Source: Phoronis australis (lineage: Eukaryota > Animalia > Phoronida). Taken from it: 64,000 bases of DNA. Under the pieces are notes generated by a model. It was given only the letters and a program-made list of their open reading frames with translations. It searched no databases and was not told where the DNA came from. Location: assembly GCA_002633005.1 (NCBI GenBank), contig NMRA01000065.1:673066-737065 (forward strand), given 5' to 3'. This document shows positions 1 to 13,076 of this stretch, piece after piece (position 1 is the stretch's first letter; every line of letters starts with the position of its first letter). A program made the translations under genes and the position numbers.

Positions 1-290
1 GGAAATGGTTGGATAGGGTTTTTGCTCAAGTAAATGTGTCAATTAATCGAACCTTCTTGAACTTAAGATGTGTGGTGAAAGGCCTGTTACTAGTACCGGT
101 ACGTTTAGGCCGTCTCTCGCCCCACTTCCCGATGCGGCTCCGGCAGCCGACCGCCGCAGGTGATGAGTGACTCACGCGCCGGAAACGAGGTTGACAGTTA
201 CGCCAAAATAATTTGTTTTTTTTTGTCGTGGGCGACTTGTGTCTGGGGGGAAGGCTTGCAGAAGAGGTTTCATTTCTTGCCTTAGAGTTT

Positions 291-454
291 GAACCACTAT
301 AAATACTAAGGCGTCTACCCTGCCCCTACTGCATTGACTGACACCGAACCACTATACTAAGGCGGCTGCCCCGCCCCTGCTGCATTGACTGACACCGAAC
401 CACTATACTAAGGCGGCTACCCCGCCCCTCATACTGCATTGACTGACACCGAAC
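291..454. repeat. Minisatellite, 3 copies of a ~51-55 bp unit
   Basis: Unit GAACCACTATACTAAGGCGGCT(A/G)CCCCGCCCCT..CTGCATTGACTGACACC starts at 291, 346 and 397. Confidence 0.9.
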
Positions 455-547
455 CGGGCAGCTGGCGGCACGGCCAGTTGATCTTGTCGGCTGAATGTAT
501 TCTTGTATGTTGGCATCATTTTGGTTTAGTCATCGTGTTACATATAG

Positions 548-1120
548 GTGGGTTCCGAGACAAGCTTCATATCACTTTTTAAACAAAGATGCAAAGATAT
601 TGATCAGCAAAAATGGCAAGATATTTTGAACAATTCGATTAAGCTGGAAACTTACAGAACTTTGAAGTTAAATATATGTTTTGAAAACTATTTAGATGTA
701 ATTGACAATGTAAATGTTAGATCTGATATGGTAAGATTAAGATGTTCAGCGCATGCACTAATGATTGAAAAGGGTAGACACTTGAAACTTAGCAGAACAG
801 AAAGGTTATGCCCTCTCTGTGTTAGGACATATGTCGAGTCAGAATATCATTTTGTTATCGAATGCCCATTCTACGATGACCTTAGGAAACGATATTTGCC
901 TGCATGGAGCTACAACAATCCCAATGTTACAAAATTCAACAGACTCCTGACTATGGAGGAAAAAGATCTTATATGGTCAACATGTAAATATGTCCATTTC
1001 GCATTCAAGCGAAGAAGAATTCGGTTTACTTCTAGTGTTTTGCCACTTACCTTTATTGTATTTGATGATTTGATTGTAACAAGGGCCGGAGGCCTAGTTA
1101 TTGAATAAATATATATATAA
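548..1120 (+). mobile_element. 5'-truncated non-LTR retrotransposon, C-terminal end of ORF2 (post-RT Cys/His region)
   Basis: ORF 548-1108 contains RLRCSAHALMIEKGRH...RLCPLC...VESEYHFVIECPFY..LR, typical of LINE ORF2 C-termini. It ends in AATAAA followed by a (TA)n tail. Confidence 0.8.
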
Positions 1121-1899
1121 CTTTCTCTTCTTGTTTACCGACACTTTCTCTGATCACAAGGACTTAAGTAGTGCTTCAGTCCTATTCCTAGAACTGTTAA
1201 TGAACAGAGCGAATGAGTACATCTTATTTGATTGGTTAAATTCTTGTTTCTCAACTTAAGTCTTCTCATTGGCACATGTTAGTGATAAATTTGAACTGCG
1301 TGTGCATAACTGTCGTGAAAATAACAACAAAACAAAGTGCGGGTTAATACCAGGATAAAAACAAATTTAATTATTCACCAGAGTAAGGTTGTTTAATTGA
1401 TGTGACTGGTGAACATCTCTATTGTTTTTGATGAGATGGTATGTTGTGGAAGTCTATTCCAGAGTAAAACTAAAGTTCACATATACGTATAAACATGTCA
1501 TTCTCTAAAGTTCACGTGCTAATACTGGCATCTACAGAGCTCTAATCATTGTTATGAGCAATTAATGCTCTCTCAATGACAAATAGACCAAGCAGAAACA
1601 ACTAAGGAGCTGAAAATTCATGAGGGATCCACAGACACATCAATTGGTGCAATCTTAGTCTCAATAGGCAACTGGCACACCACAGGTTGTCATAGTCAAG
1701 TCCATTTTTACTCCCCTGTAACTGACTGTGTCTGTGTATCAATGCTTGTTGTTGGGCTTAGCAAGGTGTCCACTGTTTTTTTTTTCTTCTGATGATCATG
1801 GTGTTTTAATCGCTGAAACATGTCAAGCCAGTTTAAATCCCTCTTTGTTTTTATTAAAGTAAAATAGTAAATGGGAATAAAGAATTTGCGTAGTATGCA

Positions 1900-2365
1900 G
1901 TTCGAATATATGCTCTCTCAAAGGTATGAGAGGGTATTACGTGATCTAGAAATATGTAGGGATAGAAGGTATGTGTGGGGAATGGCAACCAGGCTGTGTA
2001 AAGTCTTCTACGGTACATAATGAGGGACACGTCTTTCTTGAAGAGTGGACCATTTGAGAGTGGTTAGCATATAGACGTAAGAGGAGTATCTGGAGTGGTC
2101 ACTTAGGGCGAATCTGGCTGCTCTACGCTGTATTTTTATATCTTGTCAATATTAAAATTGGAGCGTGTGGAGGGATCCCAGCAGAGTGAAGAGTATTCAA
2201 GTTGGACCTCGTGACTCCCACCAAGTGTAGTCCAAAGCTTTTCTCTTTCATTTGTATCTCATTCTGTAGTAGTTGCTTTTCCGCATTGAGAGTTGTACTC
2301 CCCACTAAATGTAACGTTTGCAGTCTTCAGCTACTTCTTTGGTTACGAACCCAACCTCTGCGCCG
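1900..2365 (-). mobile_element. Degenerate CR1/L2-group LINE 3' fragment, truncated by the gap
   Basis: Minus-strand translation gives KIQRRAARFALSDHSRYSSYVYMLTTLKWSTLQERR, the conserved post-RT motif, among stops and frameshifts. Confidence 0.7.
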
Positions 2366-3270
2366 NNNNNNNNNNNNNNNNNNNNNNNNNNNNNNNNNNN
2401 NNNNNNNNNNNNNNNNNNNNNNNNNNNNNNNNNNNNNNNNNNNNNNNNNNNNNNNNNNNNNNNNNNNNNNNNNNNNNNNNNNNNNNNNNNNNNNNNNNNN
2501 NNNNNNNNNNNNNNNNNNNNNNNNNNNNNNNNNNNNNNNNNNNNNNNNNNNNNNNNNNNNNNNNNNNNNNNNNNNNNNNNNNNNNNNNNNNNNNNNNNNN
2601 NNNNNNNNNNNNNNNNNNNNNNNNNNNNNNNNNNNNNNNNNNNNNNNNNNNNNNNNNNNNNNNNNNNNNNNNNNNNNNNNNNNNNNNNNNNNNNNNNNNN
2701 NNNNNNNNNNNNNNNNNNNNNNNNNNNNNNNNNNNNNNNNNNNNNNNNNNNNNNNNNNNNNNNNNNNNNNNNNNNNNNNNNNNNNNNNNNNNNNNNNNNN
2801 NNNNNNNNNNNNNNNNNNNNNNNNNNNNNNNNNNNNNNNNNNNNNNNNNNNNNNNNNNNNNNNNNNNNNNNNNNNNNNNNNNNNNNNNNNNNNNNNNNNN
2901 NNNNNNNNNNNNNNNNNNNNNNNNNNNNNNNNNNNNNNNNNNNNNNNNNNNNNNNNNNNNNNNNNNNNNNNNNNNNNNNNNNNNNNNNNNNNNNNNNNNN
3001 NNNNNNNNNNNNNNNNNNNNNNNNNNNNNNNNNNNNNNNNNNNNNNNNNNNNNNNNNNNNNNNNNNNNNNNNNNNNNNNNNNNNNNNNNNNNNNNNNNNN
3101 NNNNNNNNNNNNNNNNNNNNNNNNNNNNNNNNNNNNNNNNNNNNNNNNNNNNNNNNNNNNNNNNNNNNNNNNNNNNNNNNNNNNNNNNNNNNNNNNNNNN
3201 NNNNNNNNNNNNNNNNNNNNNNNNNNNNNNNNNNNNNNNNNNNNNNNNNNNNNNNNNNNNNNNNNNNNNN
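2366..3270. other. Assembly gap (905 N)
   Basis: Run of N; ORFs spanning it are artefacts. Confidence 1.
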
Positions 3271-3914
3271 TATTTTATGAAAATTCGAAATCGCAAAATT
3301 GTACGTAGTGACTTCTCTTTGTCGGCTGTGTTGACTTTAAGGTCAATATCTTCGCACAGGAACGTCTTATCGAAATGTTTTTTTTGGCAAATTATTCATC
3401 ATAAAAAGTTCTTTAAAATGATGTATTACATGTCTATTTAGGTTTCTTAGTTTTGAAATAATAATATTTTGAACTCGCAGATTCGATTTGACAGAATTTT
3501 TACCAAAAATTTTGACACAAAAATGACATTTTCTCCGGAACCATAAGTCCAATTTAAAAAATTTTACTATCGTTATTTTAGTCTCGAAAAGAGCTTTCTA
3601 ATGATGTATATTACATGCACATTTTCTAAAATTTTTGAAAAATGCTGTCCTCCCTACCGTCAGATAATGGACAACTCAAAGCATTTCAATTTCAGAGTAC
3701 TTTGCATCACACATTTTTTGTCTCACTGCAGCAGCCACTTGTAACATTTTTTTGACGCCCACCAATAAACACAATTAGTACCTCATGTAATAGATGCACC
3801 AGTTCACTACAATTAGTACCTTCAACTTTCCCTAATTCAATCAGCAACGTTCACGGCAAAGCATCTTTGCCGACTTTCTCCATTCACATCTGTAGTGAAA
3901 AATCACTTAGTCTA

Positions 3915-3975
3915 AGTTTCGAACCCGGTACCTCTTGCTTCAATGTCAGACATCCTAACCACTCGACCAAAGAGC
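3915..3975 (-). mobile_element. tRNA-derived SINE head (Pol III A/B boxes), degenerate
   Basis: Minus strand reads TGGTCGAGTGGTTAGG...GGGTTCGAAAC (A box and B box), with no complete cloverleaf. Confidence 0.45.
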
Positions 3976-4979
3976 AATTGCCTGTAGCTGTGTAGGCGAG
4001 TGATTATAAGAGAGGCCTATACATTATTGCACTGCAGACTCACCACACGTCCAACAATGCACATGCTCATCAGGCCACTCACAAAATTGGCAGAATGTTT
4101 AAACATCAACTAAAACAGAAAAAATACAGACACAGTACTCCAATAGCACATGGACTGGACACAAGCAAAATAAGCCAACCTTACCAGGGGCCTTTGAATT
4201 TCTTTCTGTTCCTCCTAAATCATCAAGTACAACCACAGAAGCACATGTATATAATTTAATTAATTAGGTCCCTTGCCCATTGGGGTAATGTACCTCAGTT
4301 TACCGAAACTTTGTCGAAACTTAGCATACCTTTCTGACTAGATAGGGATATTGAAGTTATCGCTATGACAACAGACATTGCACTTCATTCATACTCTCAA
4401 ACGAATATTGAGTAGTGGCTTCGAAGCTAACTGAAAATTGTTTGTCTGCCATTTACGTGTGTTTATGAAAATAATCAGTGTCGTTCTTCATCAGATATGC
4501 TTTCGTTTAATTTATTTACGTCCGTTTATTGAGAGCATGTCGGGTATGCTGCAATAACAAGGAACACATTTTACGAGTCTCATGTGATTGTAGATCCTTG
4601 CCGCAACCTCTACGAATAACTTTGACGAAGCTTTGCTTTTATTGCTCCCAATTCACCGAAGCTTCAGCGAGTATTGAAGTTTCGCTTTTAAATCCTACTG
4701 TTTTAAGTGAAATTTTGCTTCCAAATTAGTTACTGGAGTTAACCATTCCCACTTACCACCGAAACTTCAGTAAAAGTGAAGTTTCGCTTCTAATGGGAAA
4801 GCTACTTAAATGGTGGTCACAAAATGAGTCAAATTACAGGTCAGGGGCAATTGTGTGTTTGTGATCTTGCCATGCCAGGTCGACCTAAGGTCAACTCGTC
4901 GTGATTGCAAATTACCGTCAGGAGCCTCTCCATGTCAACGTGTTCCCTGCATCTTTTATTTGATGTAGGTGTTCAGATG

Positions 4980-5190
4980 TGAGCGGTCTAATGAGCATGC
5001 GCATTGTTTGCTGTGAATGGAAAAGGCCGACTCTGACACTTTTGTCGTGAATGTTATCGATTGAATTAGGAAAATCTGGAGGCACTAATGTTTTTTATTA
5101 GTGTTGATGTCAACAGTCGCAGATAAAATGTGTGACAAAAGTTACTCCCAGATTGACATGCTTTGAGTTGTTCCGGAAGTGCCTGTTGGA
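4980..5190. promoter_or_regulatory. Candidate housekeeping promoter, possibly bidirectional
   Basis: NRF1-like GCATGCGCA near 4995 and ETS-like CCGGAAGT near 5173, lying upstream of STRAD and just upstream of a minus-strand ATG with a GT donor. Confidence 0.3.
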
Positions 5191-6133
5191 CAGCTACATT
5201 GGATAGCAGTTGTCTATCATTCTCTACTATAGTATCGTGTTAGTAGGCTGATTAGAGTGCCTGTGCTTGAACCAGACAGTACCACCTTCTCAACTGGCCC
5301 CAGTAGAGACGGTGGCCATCCCATAGGACCACCATATGCTGGAAACTTTTCAGCAAATTGTGCCTCACACTTTTGCACTGTCCTTAGTTTTTGGAGGCCA
5401 CTTATGTTGATGTCTAACTCGTACCCAGCTCAAACAAATACCCCGCAATCAAAAACTTTTTTCAAACAGTCCTTCGTTCAGTTGCCCAAATCGACAACTG
5501 GCCATTTTTACGCTGCTTGTGCCAGGGGGTTATGACAACCTATTGACCTCGCCAAAGGTCAGAGCTGCGATCATACTGGTAGACACTTAACTTTGAAAAC
5601 TGCTTGCAGTCGATAAACAGTGGTACTCATACAATTGTCGTGAAACAAAATTGATTATGTTTCCAAAAGCTGAAAAATTCCTGTTTAGTAGTGACAGAAA
5701 CAAATTTTATTTAAGTTGTGATCTAGTAATCACTGCTGTCTGAAGTTCACAAGATGTCACTGTGTAATGTCTTGTTTGCATGACATGGAAAACAAAGTTT
5801 CTCGGGTAGCTCAGCTTGTCTTAGTTGACGATTAGAATTTAGTTTCGTCAAGATTGCGTGTTACGTTCTCAATGTGTACACTCCTGCTACATTAGCAAGA
5901 CTGGTCAAGCAGGCAAAAATGCCCAGTTAGTAAAGGTGATTGAACCGATTTGGCCAGCTATTGTACGACAAGTAAAAGTGTATTTTGTTGGTTACGAAGC
6001 AAACAGTATATCACAAATAAAATCATGGTTAATGTGTGCCTGTCCTCTGGATAGTCTAGAGACTAGGGTAATTATACCATGAGAACACTACCCGCATTGG
6101 TGTTTCAGGACACCGTAACGCGATCAGATTCAG

Positions 6134-6811
6134 TAGGCTGAAAAAGTACCATTCATTGTTATCTCCCCAACCTGTTCCTGGGGTGTATGCCTTGTCGTGG
6201 CAGAACACCTTGCGTATCTCTGTGACCTCTAGAGCTCTACTGGCTGGAGTTTAAAACTCCCGGCAGGGCTACCCATGCCGGGCAGGTCGAAAGGTTGATA
6301 TCTGACGAAATTCACCCTAAACACTCCCTACGGTCATACTAGGGTTGGGCGTAAGGCCAACTCCCTTACCTAGTAAAAACATTGCTCCTGTCACCTATGA
6401 GGACAACTCTCACATTAAAACCTTGGCAGACTGGGCTGATTAGCCATGGAAGGCAGTCAGTCTGGGAGANAATAGGCTGAAAAAGTACCATTCATTGTTG
6501 TTATATCCCTAACCTGTTCCTGGGGTGTATGCCTTGTCGTGGCAGAACACCTTGCGTATCTCTGTGACCTCTAGAGCTCTACTGGCTGGAGTTTAAAACT
6601 CCCGGCAGGGCTACCCATGCCGGGCAGGTCGAAAGGTTGATATCTGACGAAATTCACCCTACACACTCCCTACGGTCATACTAGGGTTGGGCGTAAGGCC
6701 AACTCCCTTACCTAGTAAAAACATTGCTCCTGTCACCTATGAGGACAACTCTCACATTAAAACCTTGGCAGACTGGGCTGATTAGCCATGGAAGGCAGTC
6801 AGTCTAGGAGA
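6134..6811. repeat. ~337-bp direct duplication joined by a single N (probable scaffolding/haplotype overlap)
   Basis: 6134-6469 and 6473-6811 are nearly identical; N at 6470. Confidence 0.85.
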
Positions 6812-8755
6812 AGTGCACTCCGACACAAAACCATATAATGCCATGAAGACAGAGCATGTCAGCTAATGACAGTGGGCAGTCCTTCTGTTCATGTACCACC
6901 TGCCCTGCAGAAGAGAACCACACATGCACGCATTTTACCCATCATGGCCATGCAAACAGATATAAGACGGTATGGTGCTCGTCCCGTGGTTGACCTGGCA
7001 GTGACAGCGCCAGGTCCTCAGCCTTGAAAAGACCCACCTTTAGCGACTGGTGAGGCGAAACCATGACTCAACCGAAGGCAGCAAAGCTCAGCTCAATGCT
7101 AGCCAGTCAGCGTAGTCAGCTGGAAACATAAGTTACTCCACTTGCCGTTGCACAGTGGAATACTGAGGGTCTTCGCAAGAAGAAACCCTAGCTCCAAGAT
7201 TTCCTCTGAAGAGAGCAAGTGGACATCATCTGTATCCAAGAGACACATCTTACAGATGCTCATCGCTTCATCAGAGGTTACGAGCTCTTCCGACATGACA
7301 GAATCAACTGTTCCAAGGGAGGCATGCTCACCCTCGTACGGAAAAGCATCCCAGGGATAGAGATTGGGAGGTCTGTGGGAGACAATGCATTTATCGCAGT
7401 GAAAGTTTATCTCCAAGGGAGAGAAATCATCATCATCATCAACAACTACTGCCCACCTGACAAAGACCTGCAACTCAACACTCTTCCCCTGTCAAACCAT
7501 GACCTACAGTACTTATCTTAGGTGACTTTAATGGTCACTCACCAAACAGGGGATATCAAGACCTGATTGACAACGGTCTCATCCTCATCAAGAAGCCAGA
7601 TGACAAGCCAACTTGCCTGTCCCGAGCTTGGAAGACGACTCCAGACCTTGCCATAGCCACAGAGGACATCCAAAAATATGTGACTGGATTGTCACAGGCC
7701 AGTTAGGAGGCACCGACCACCTACCAGTACTATTTAAGATCTCACTACTAGAACAACCCTCGGTCACAAGAAAAGAGCCTACAAAAAGGCAAATTGGATG
7801 AAGTTTAAAAAACTGACAAACACACTGTAGAAAAAACACCATTTACTTAAAGCAAGGCATCAACATCAATGCCAGGCGGACTGCCAACTGCATCCTCCAG
7901 GCAGCACGCCAGAGCATTCCAAGGGGAAGATAAAGAGATGACAAACCATACTGGAGTGACCACCTGCAAAGTCTCCATGACCAAATAACATCAACCAAAG
8001 AGCAACTTGAAAAAGACTCAACCCTGAAAACACAGTAATCTACAACCAAGCAAGAGCTGCATTTGATCAGGAAAAGACAACAGAAATCCGTAAGTCCTGG
8101 CACGAGAAGACCAGGTCTCAAAACATGGAGAAAGACACAGGGAAACTCTGGCAGCTCACAAAACCCTAAACGACGACCACCAGTGTACTCCAAGAGCAAC
8201 GCTCCTAAAAGGAAACGGACAGACTTACACTGGGAGAAGAGCCGCATCCCTGCTTGCTGAGAATTTTAGAGATGACAGTCTCCTGGACATTCCCAGACAA
8301 AAAAACAGCAGAAGTCCGAACAAAGAAAACAGAGGAACTAAGAAAGAGACAAGAACAACAAACTCCCAGTATGACTAACAACTTCACCATGCAAGAACTG
8401 AACAGTTCCATCAGACAACTCAAGACCAAGAAGGCATGCGGAAAGGATGGCATCAGCAATGAAAAGATTCAACACCTTGGCAGTTTCACCAAACAGAAGC
8501 TTCTGGACATTTACAACCAGTCTTGGAGAACGGGGTTTTTCCAATCAGTTGGAAGGAAGCCATAACCATTCCAATCTTAAAGAAGGGGAAGGACAGGCAC
8601 AGCAAGAGCAGCTATTGCCCAGCAGCCTTCTCAGCTGCTCAGGCAAACTCATGGAATGCATGGTCAACAATATCACCTAGACAAGAACAGGCTAATTAAC
8701 CCCACCCAGTCAGGGTTCAGAAAGAACAGAAGCACAGGGAGCCAGATCACACTTT
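6510..8755 (+). mobile_element. Decayed non-LTR retrotransposon (Ingi/Vingi/Nimb-like): structured 5' UTR, APE endonuclease and start of RT; 3'-truncated
   Basis: Frameshifted motifs DIICIQETHL, GDFNGHS, DHLPV (APE); KKACGKDGISNEKIQHL, IPILKKGK, SLLSCSGKLMECMV, QSGFRKNRST (RT N-terminus). The leader resembles recalled RTE/Vingi 5' UTRs (GCCTTGTCGTGG...GGGTTGGGCGTAAGGC...GTAAAAAC). Confidence 0.85.
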
Positions 8756-11700
8756 TTTAATTGCAGGCGGTCTGATACAATGTGTAGCCTATAAACTTTC
8801 AAACTGGACACCCTTTGTTTTTATCTGTTTTCGTACATGAGAACATTAGTGCTGACACTCAAAAACCGTAATAAGCATTTTTAAAAGGGAATTCATGAGA
8901 CTTGCATGTTTAATAAAGCAAATTTATTGGCCGTAACATCACATCTACAAACAAGAATGTACAGTATAAAACATACCTCAACTTTGCACGATTACAAATT
9001 CATGACTGGTGCAGTTGCTTGCTAAAGCCTGTTTTGAAGTTCACCTTGGTTTGCCTTGTGAAAAGGTTGAGGTCATGCTGACATTACCCCTGATTGAGCT
9101 CTGCGAAAATGGTCAGTTTCCTATTAAGGTAACTGAACGAAGGACTGTTCGCAAAATGATTGATTGTGAGAGAATTTATTTGAGAAGAGTTTGAGACATC
9201 AATGGCCTCCTAAGGTGTCACTCTGTGAGCAAAAGGTACTTACTGTAAAGCAACTTAAGTGATGGTTTAATCAGTGTGAGGCATAATTCGCCGAAAAGCT
9301 TCTGGCGTATATGGTGGCTCTATGAGATGGCCTTTGGTTCTGTAGTCCAATTGGGGCCAGTTACGACGGGCTCAGCTGGGTGGGGGTACTGCTTATGATT
9401 GAACTTGATATTTGTGAAAGTTCAAAACTGCCATTCCAGAAAATTTGTGTTGTGAAGTTATGACAAACTGTAAAGGTTACAAGTTAATTTGCCACACATT
9501 TACTAATCTGTCAGAGTTCAGTGGTAAGTGGGAACCACTTGTTCTTTAAAAATTCATTAAACACATGACGATGATTAAGATTTGCTAGTCTTAAAGCAAG
9601 CTACATTTTGGTGACCTCATCTTTGAATTGGCAACGTTAACTTGCAGTTCTATAAAGAACCAGAAACCTGACTGCTTAAACTCGTGTCATTTACAAGTTG
9701 GGAATGCATATCAATCTAACTGCATGTTTTAACATAGAGGCCGCCACTGGTAGTGGTCTTGAAGTGATTTGACTGAAGGCCCTTTCATACTGACTTAACT
9801 CTGACTTGAAGCGTCGACATGAACTACGAAGTTAACTGAATTGGCTTGGGTTGTTAACGGACATCGAAGTAAACAGTAGGTGACACTATTGTCTTGGAAG
9901 TAATTGCAAGGTAGCACTGATGCATCGTGTGCATGCTAAGATTTTTTTGGGAACATTTACATGTGCTAGTTGACGTAAAACTTATTCCCAATTCCATTGG
10001 TGATTTTTCGAGCAAAATATTACCAGCTATTAGCGATGACGCTGCCCTTAATTATTGACGATAACAGTGGCCCCTTGTGGTAACTTCGATAGGACTGAAT
10101 TGAAGTTGCCCGTTCATTCTGCACCGCAGAGTCAACGCTCCGCTGTTAAATTGACCTGTTTACTGCGAAGTTTACTGCTGCAGTTAACTTCAATCAAGGA
10201 CTGAAGTTAACTGTTCATACTGACCGCAACTAGTTCGAACTTTGAAGGAAATTTTGAACCTGGCAAGGGTAGTTCTACGGGACTCTAATGTTTTTCAATA
10301 TTTTTCACAGGGGAATGGAGCTAATTATTCAACCCCAAAATTGAGGCGTTGAGGTTCCTGAATATAAAATTTGACTTCTTACTGTCAAGTATTAGTACTA
10401 GTACTACATTGTTATATAAATCTAATTTGAACTGCTGCAGCAGGTGGAGTTAAGTGAAGATCAACGTCTGTGTTACAGCAGACTTATGCAAATTCTTCTA
10501 AACAGTGATTCCATATTATGTATTCGTAGTCAAAACAAAGTATTGTGTTCAAAATAGAGCTGGCTGGAGTCTGAGTATGATGCCATGCCAACTCTGAGAG
10601 ACTTTGAAAGTGAAACAGTTTATTTGAATGTGTTTTGTTTTAGTTTAAGCTGTGTTTTGTTTTAGACAGCGTTGGTGCAGTGTATGCATAGACCATAATA
10701 AACTTGGCGTTTTTAGTCATTTCATTAACTGCATCATTACTTAGCAAGATGTGTGAACATTCACATTCCCTTTTAGCTCTGCTGAGTAAAGGAGTACCAG
10801 GCCACCTTTACTTGTCTTGTGGGACGTTTTAGTGTAACACAACAAGATTTTGGTAAGAAACAATTATATGTCTATGGTAAAACTGTCAGGAAAACCACAT
10901 ACGTCCACTTCCCAGTGTCATCATGGTACTTCTACATCACATGTCTGCTCGCCCATAATAAAATGTGGTGTTTAGTTAGAAGGTGGGAATACAGTGGATA
11001 GTTCCGACATGTCAGTCAAGTTAGTAATTCCAAACACAATCATATTCCACCGTCTTTGTCACACAAACATTGGTAAGAACGAAAGCGAGATGGTTTTATG
11101 ATGGAGAACTTGTAATCTAGATACAAAAGCCGCTTTTACCCGAGAGACTAAGTTGTCACCGTGTCAGTTGTCAGGCATGACTTGCTCCACTTAAGTCGCA
11201 TTTACGTACACAACATTAGATCAGTCTCAAACTGGATCAGCGTGAGTCACTTACAGGAAGACTGTCTGACCATGCTCACCTAAACAACAGCTAATGTCCA
11301 AACTATGTGGAATACCAGCTGATCACCCCATTAAATGCTATTGTACAAGTGCATTGAAAATTGAACCCCTTTCTGCCCTGTCCCAGTTGTGTTTAGACGC
11401 TACAGTGTAACTCGCTGCAACTGGCCAGCCTCGGTGTTATTTGCTACATGTTTACATGCACACTTTTACTCAATCAGCTGTTCCGTGTTACATGTAGGTG
11501 CGAGGTGTCAACTGTCTCTGGTGTATATGCAGCTAAAAAAATGGAGGACAATTGTCCCTGATACGAGCACATAACAGAGTATAGCTGAATATACATCTGT
11601 ATCAAACAAGCACAAGAGGAAAGAGATTCACCTTTGTAAAATTTGCCTCATTTTCTTTAATAGTGTCTAAATGTCAATTGGCAATTTTTATTGTTAAAAT

Positions 11701-12170
11701 TAAGTAACTGTTTAAAAACAGCTTCCTATTCCTAACACTTCACCTAAGTGGACCCTGAAAAACTTTCAAATGCAGTTGTTGTTCCATGTGGTTCAATCCC
11801 TTGGCATTTGAATTCATTTGACCCATTCCCTTCTGTCTGCTGGATGACTTTCATGTGACGGGGGCCCTTTTACTGAAAGGATGTATTCTCATGAGGGCAT
11901 GCTTGGCACTTAAGTTAAGCCAGCCTCTTTGAAGTCAAAAGAGAACACCCGGACAACACTTTGATATTGCCGCTGCTCTGAATGCAAACTGTTTCATTGA
12001 AATGTGTTCAATAACATATCACAAGGCTGTAGCAACAGTTTCTATGGTGGGTGTGGCCTGACTGTTCATGGGAACTATCCATTGACTACATGCTCTTAGT
12101 CACTTCCATACTTCTTCATTTGCATGACGCTGCGACATAACAAAAACTGTCATTTGACACGATGGTGTGT

Positions 12171-13076
12171 TTATTACCTCCGCCAAGTAAAATTTGGAAG
12201 GAGGTTTTGTTTGTTATTTGTTAGTCTGTCCATTACTAGAAGTCATACACTGGTTTAACTTATAGAGTTGGGGATGGATTTTGTGGAAAAAATCTTGAGA
12301 AGCTGAAAGTTAAAATGGATACTAGTTCTCTGTTTTGATGATTTCAACCATTCCTGATTTTGTCACATGACAATGCATCATTGCCATCAATCGTCCAAGT
12401 TAAAGGCAGGAATCAATTAAAAACTCATACTCCCCTTGTCACAGATTGGACATTATGATCCTTGGTGGGTGGTCTTTTCACACAGTTGACCTGTAATTTG
12501 CTAAAAGCATTGGTCACACTTGCATCATTTGAAAGGATCGAGTTTTCAAATTTTCCTCCAAACTTTTCAGGCTTGCCGAGCATTACGAAGGCATTATTTT
12601 GTTTCAGGGGTTTGGATGGGAAAGTTGTTTTTAGTATTTGTTAAGCCACACCTGGGTTTGGCATCCTTTTACCAAAGGACTACTCGGTATCTATGAAAGT
12701 GCAAGTAGAGCAAATTTTGGTAGCTCAGTTTCTAGTTTTCTTGATCTGAGCATGGGGATTGGTATAGATACAACTCTGTAGCATGGGAAGCCTGCATACT
12801 GTCTTAGAAATCGCGGATCGGATTTCTACTGTGCCATGATGTCAATGGAAGTGGGTCCACAATGCTCTCGTCTCAAGGTGCATTGGAACAAGATCTATTA
12901 GGACCTGCTACTCTGTTGTGCACTGGCACTCAACATTTTTTACAACGCCAAGTATAGCTGGCGAGTTCTGTGTATCTTCTTGTGGGTAGTTGGGTTTCTT
13001 TATTGCAGTGTAATCATTTTGCGAGGGAGGTGCAATGTCTTGGCGGAGATCTGCACTCTCTGAGTGCTTTTTTGTT
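12171..13076 (+). mobile_element. Non-autonomous Helentron/DINE-1-like element (HINE)
   Basis: 5' subterminal repeat ATTACCTCCGCCAA with partner TTGGAAGGAGG; 3' partner TTGGCGGAG (13040-13048), then hairpin GCACTC-TCT-GAGTGC (13053-13067) and a T-run. Confidence 0.7.

Noticed and set aside
2202-3441. Long ORFs of 317-382 aa
   Set aside because: They are almost entirely X translated from the N gap.
5767-5805. Candidate STRAD first coding exon MSCLHDMENKVSR
   Set aside because: The phase is compatible, but the donor (gtagct) is weak and there is no recognisable homology, so it was not called.
6625-6655. GAAA...CTGACGA hammerhead-like words in the LINE leader
   Set aside because: Only 9 nt separate the words, too few to form stems III and I.
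6940-7030. Possible 2A-like peptide (..TAPGP) ahead of the APE domain
   Set aside because: It lacks the D(V/I)ExNPGP consensus.
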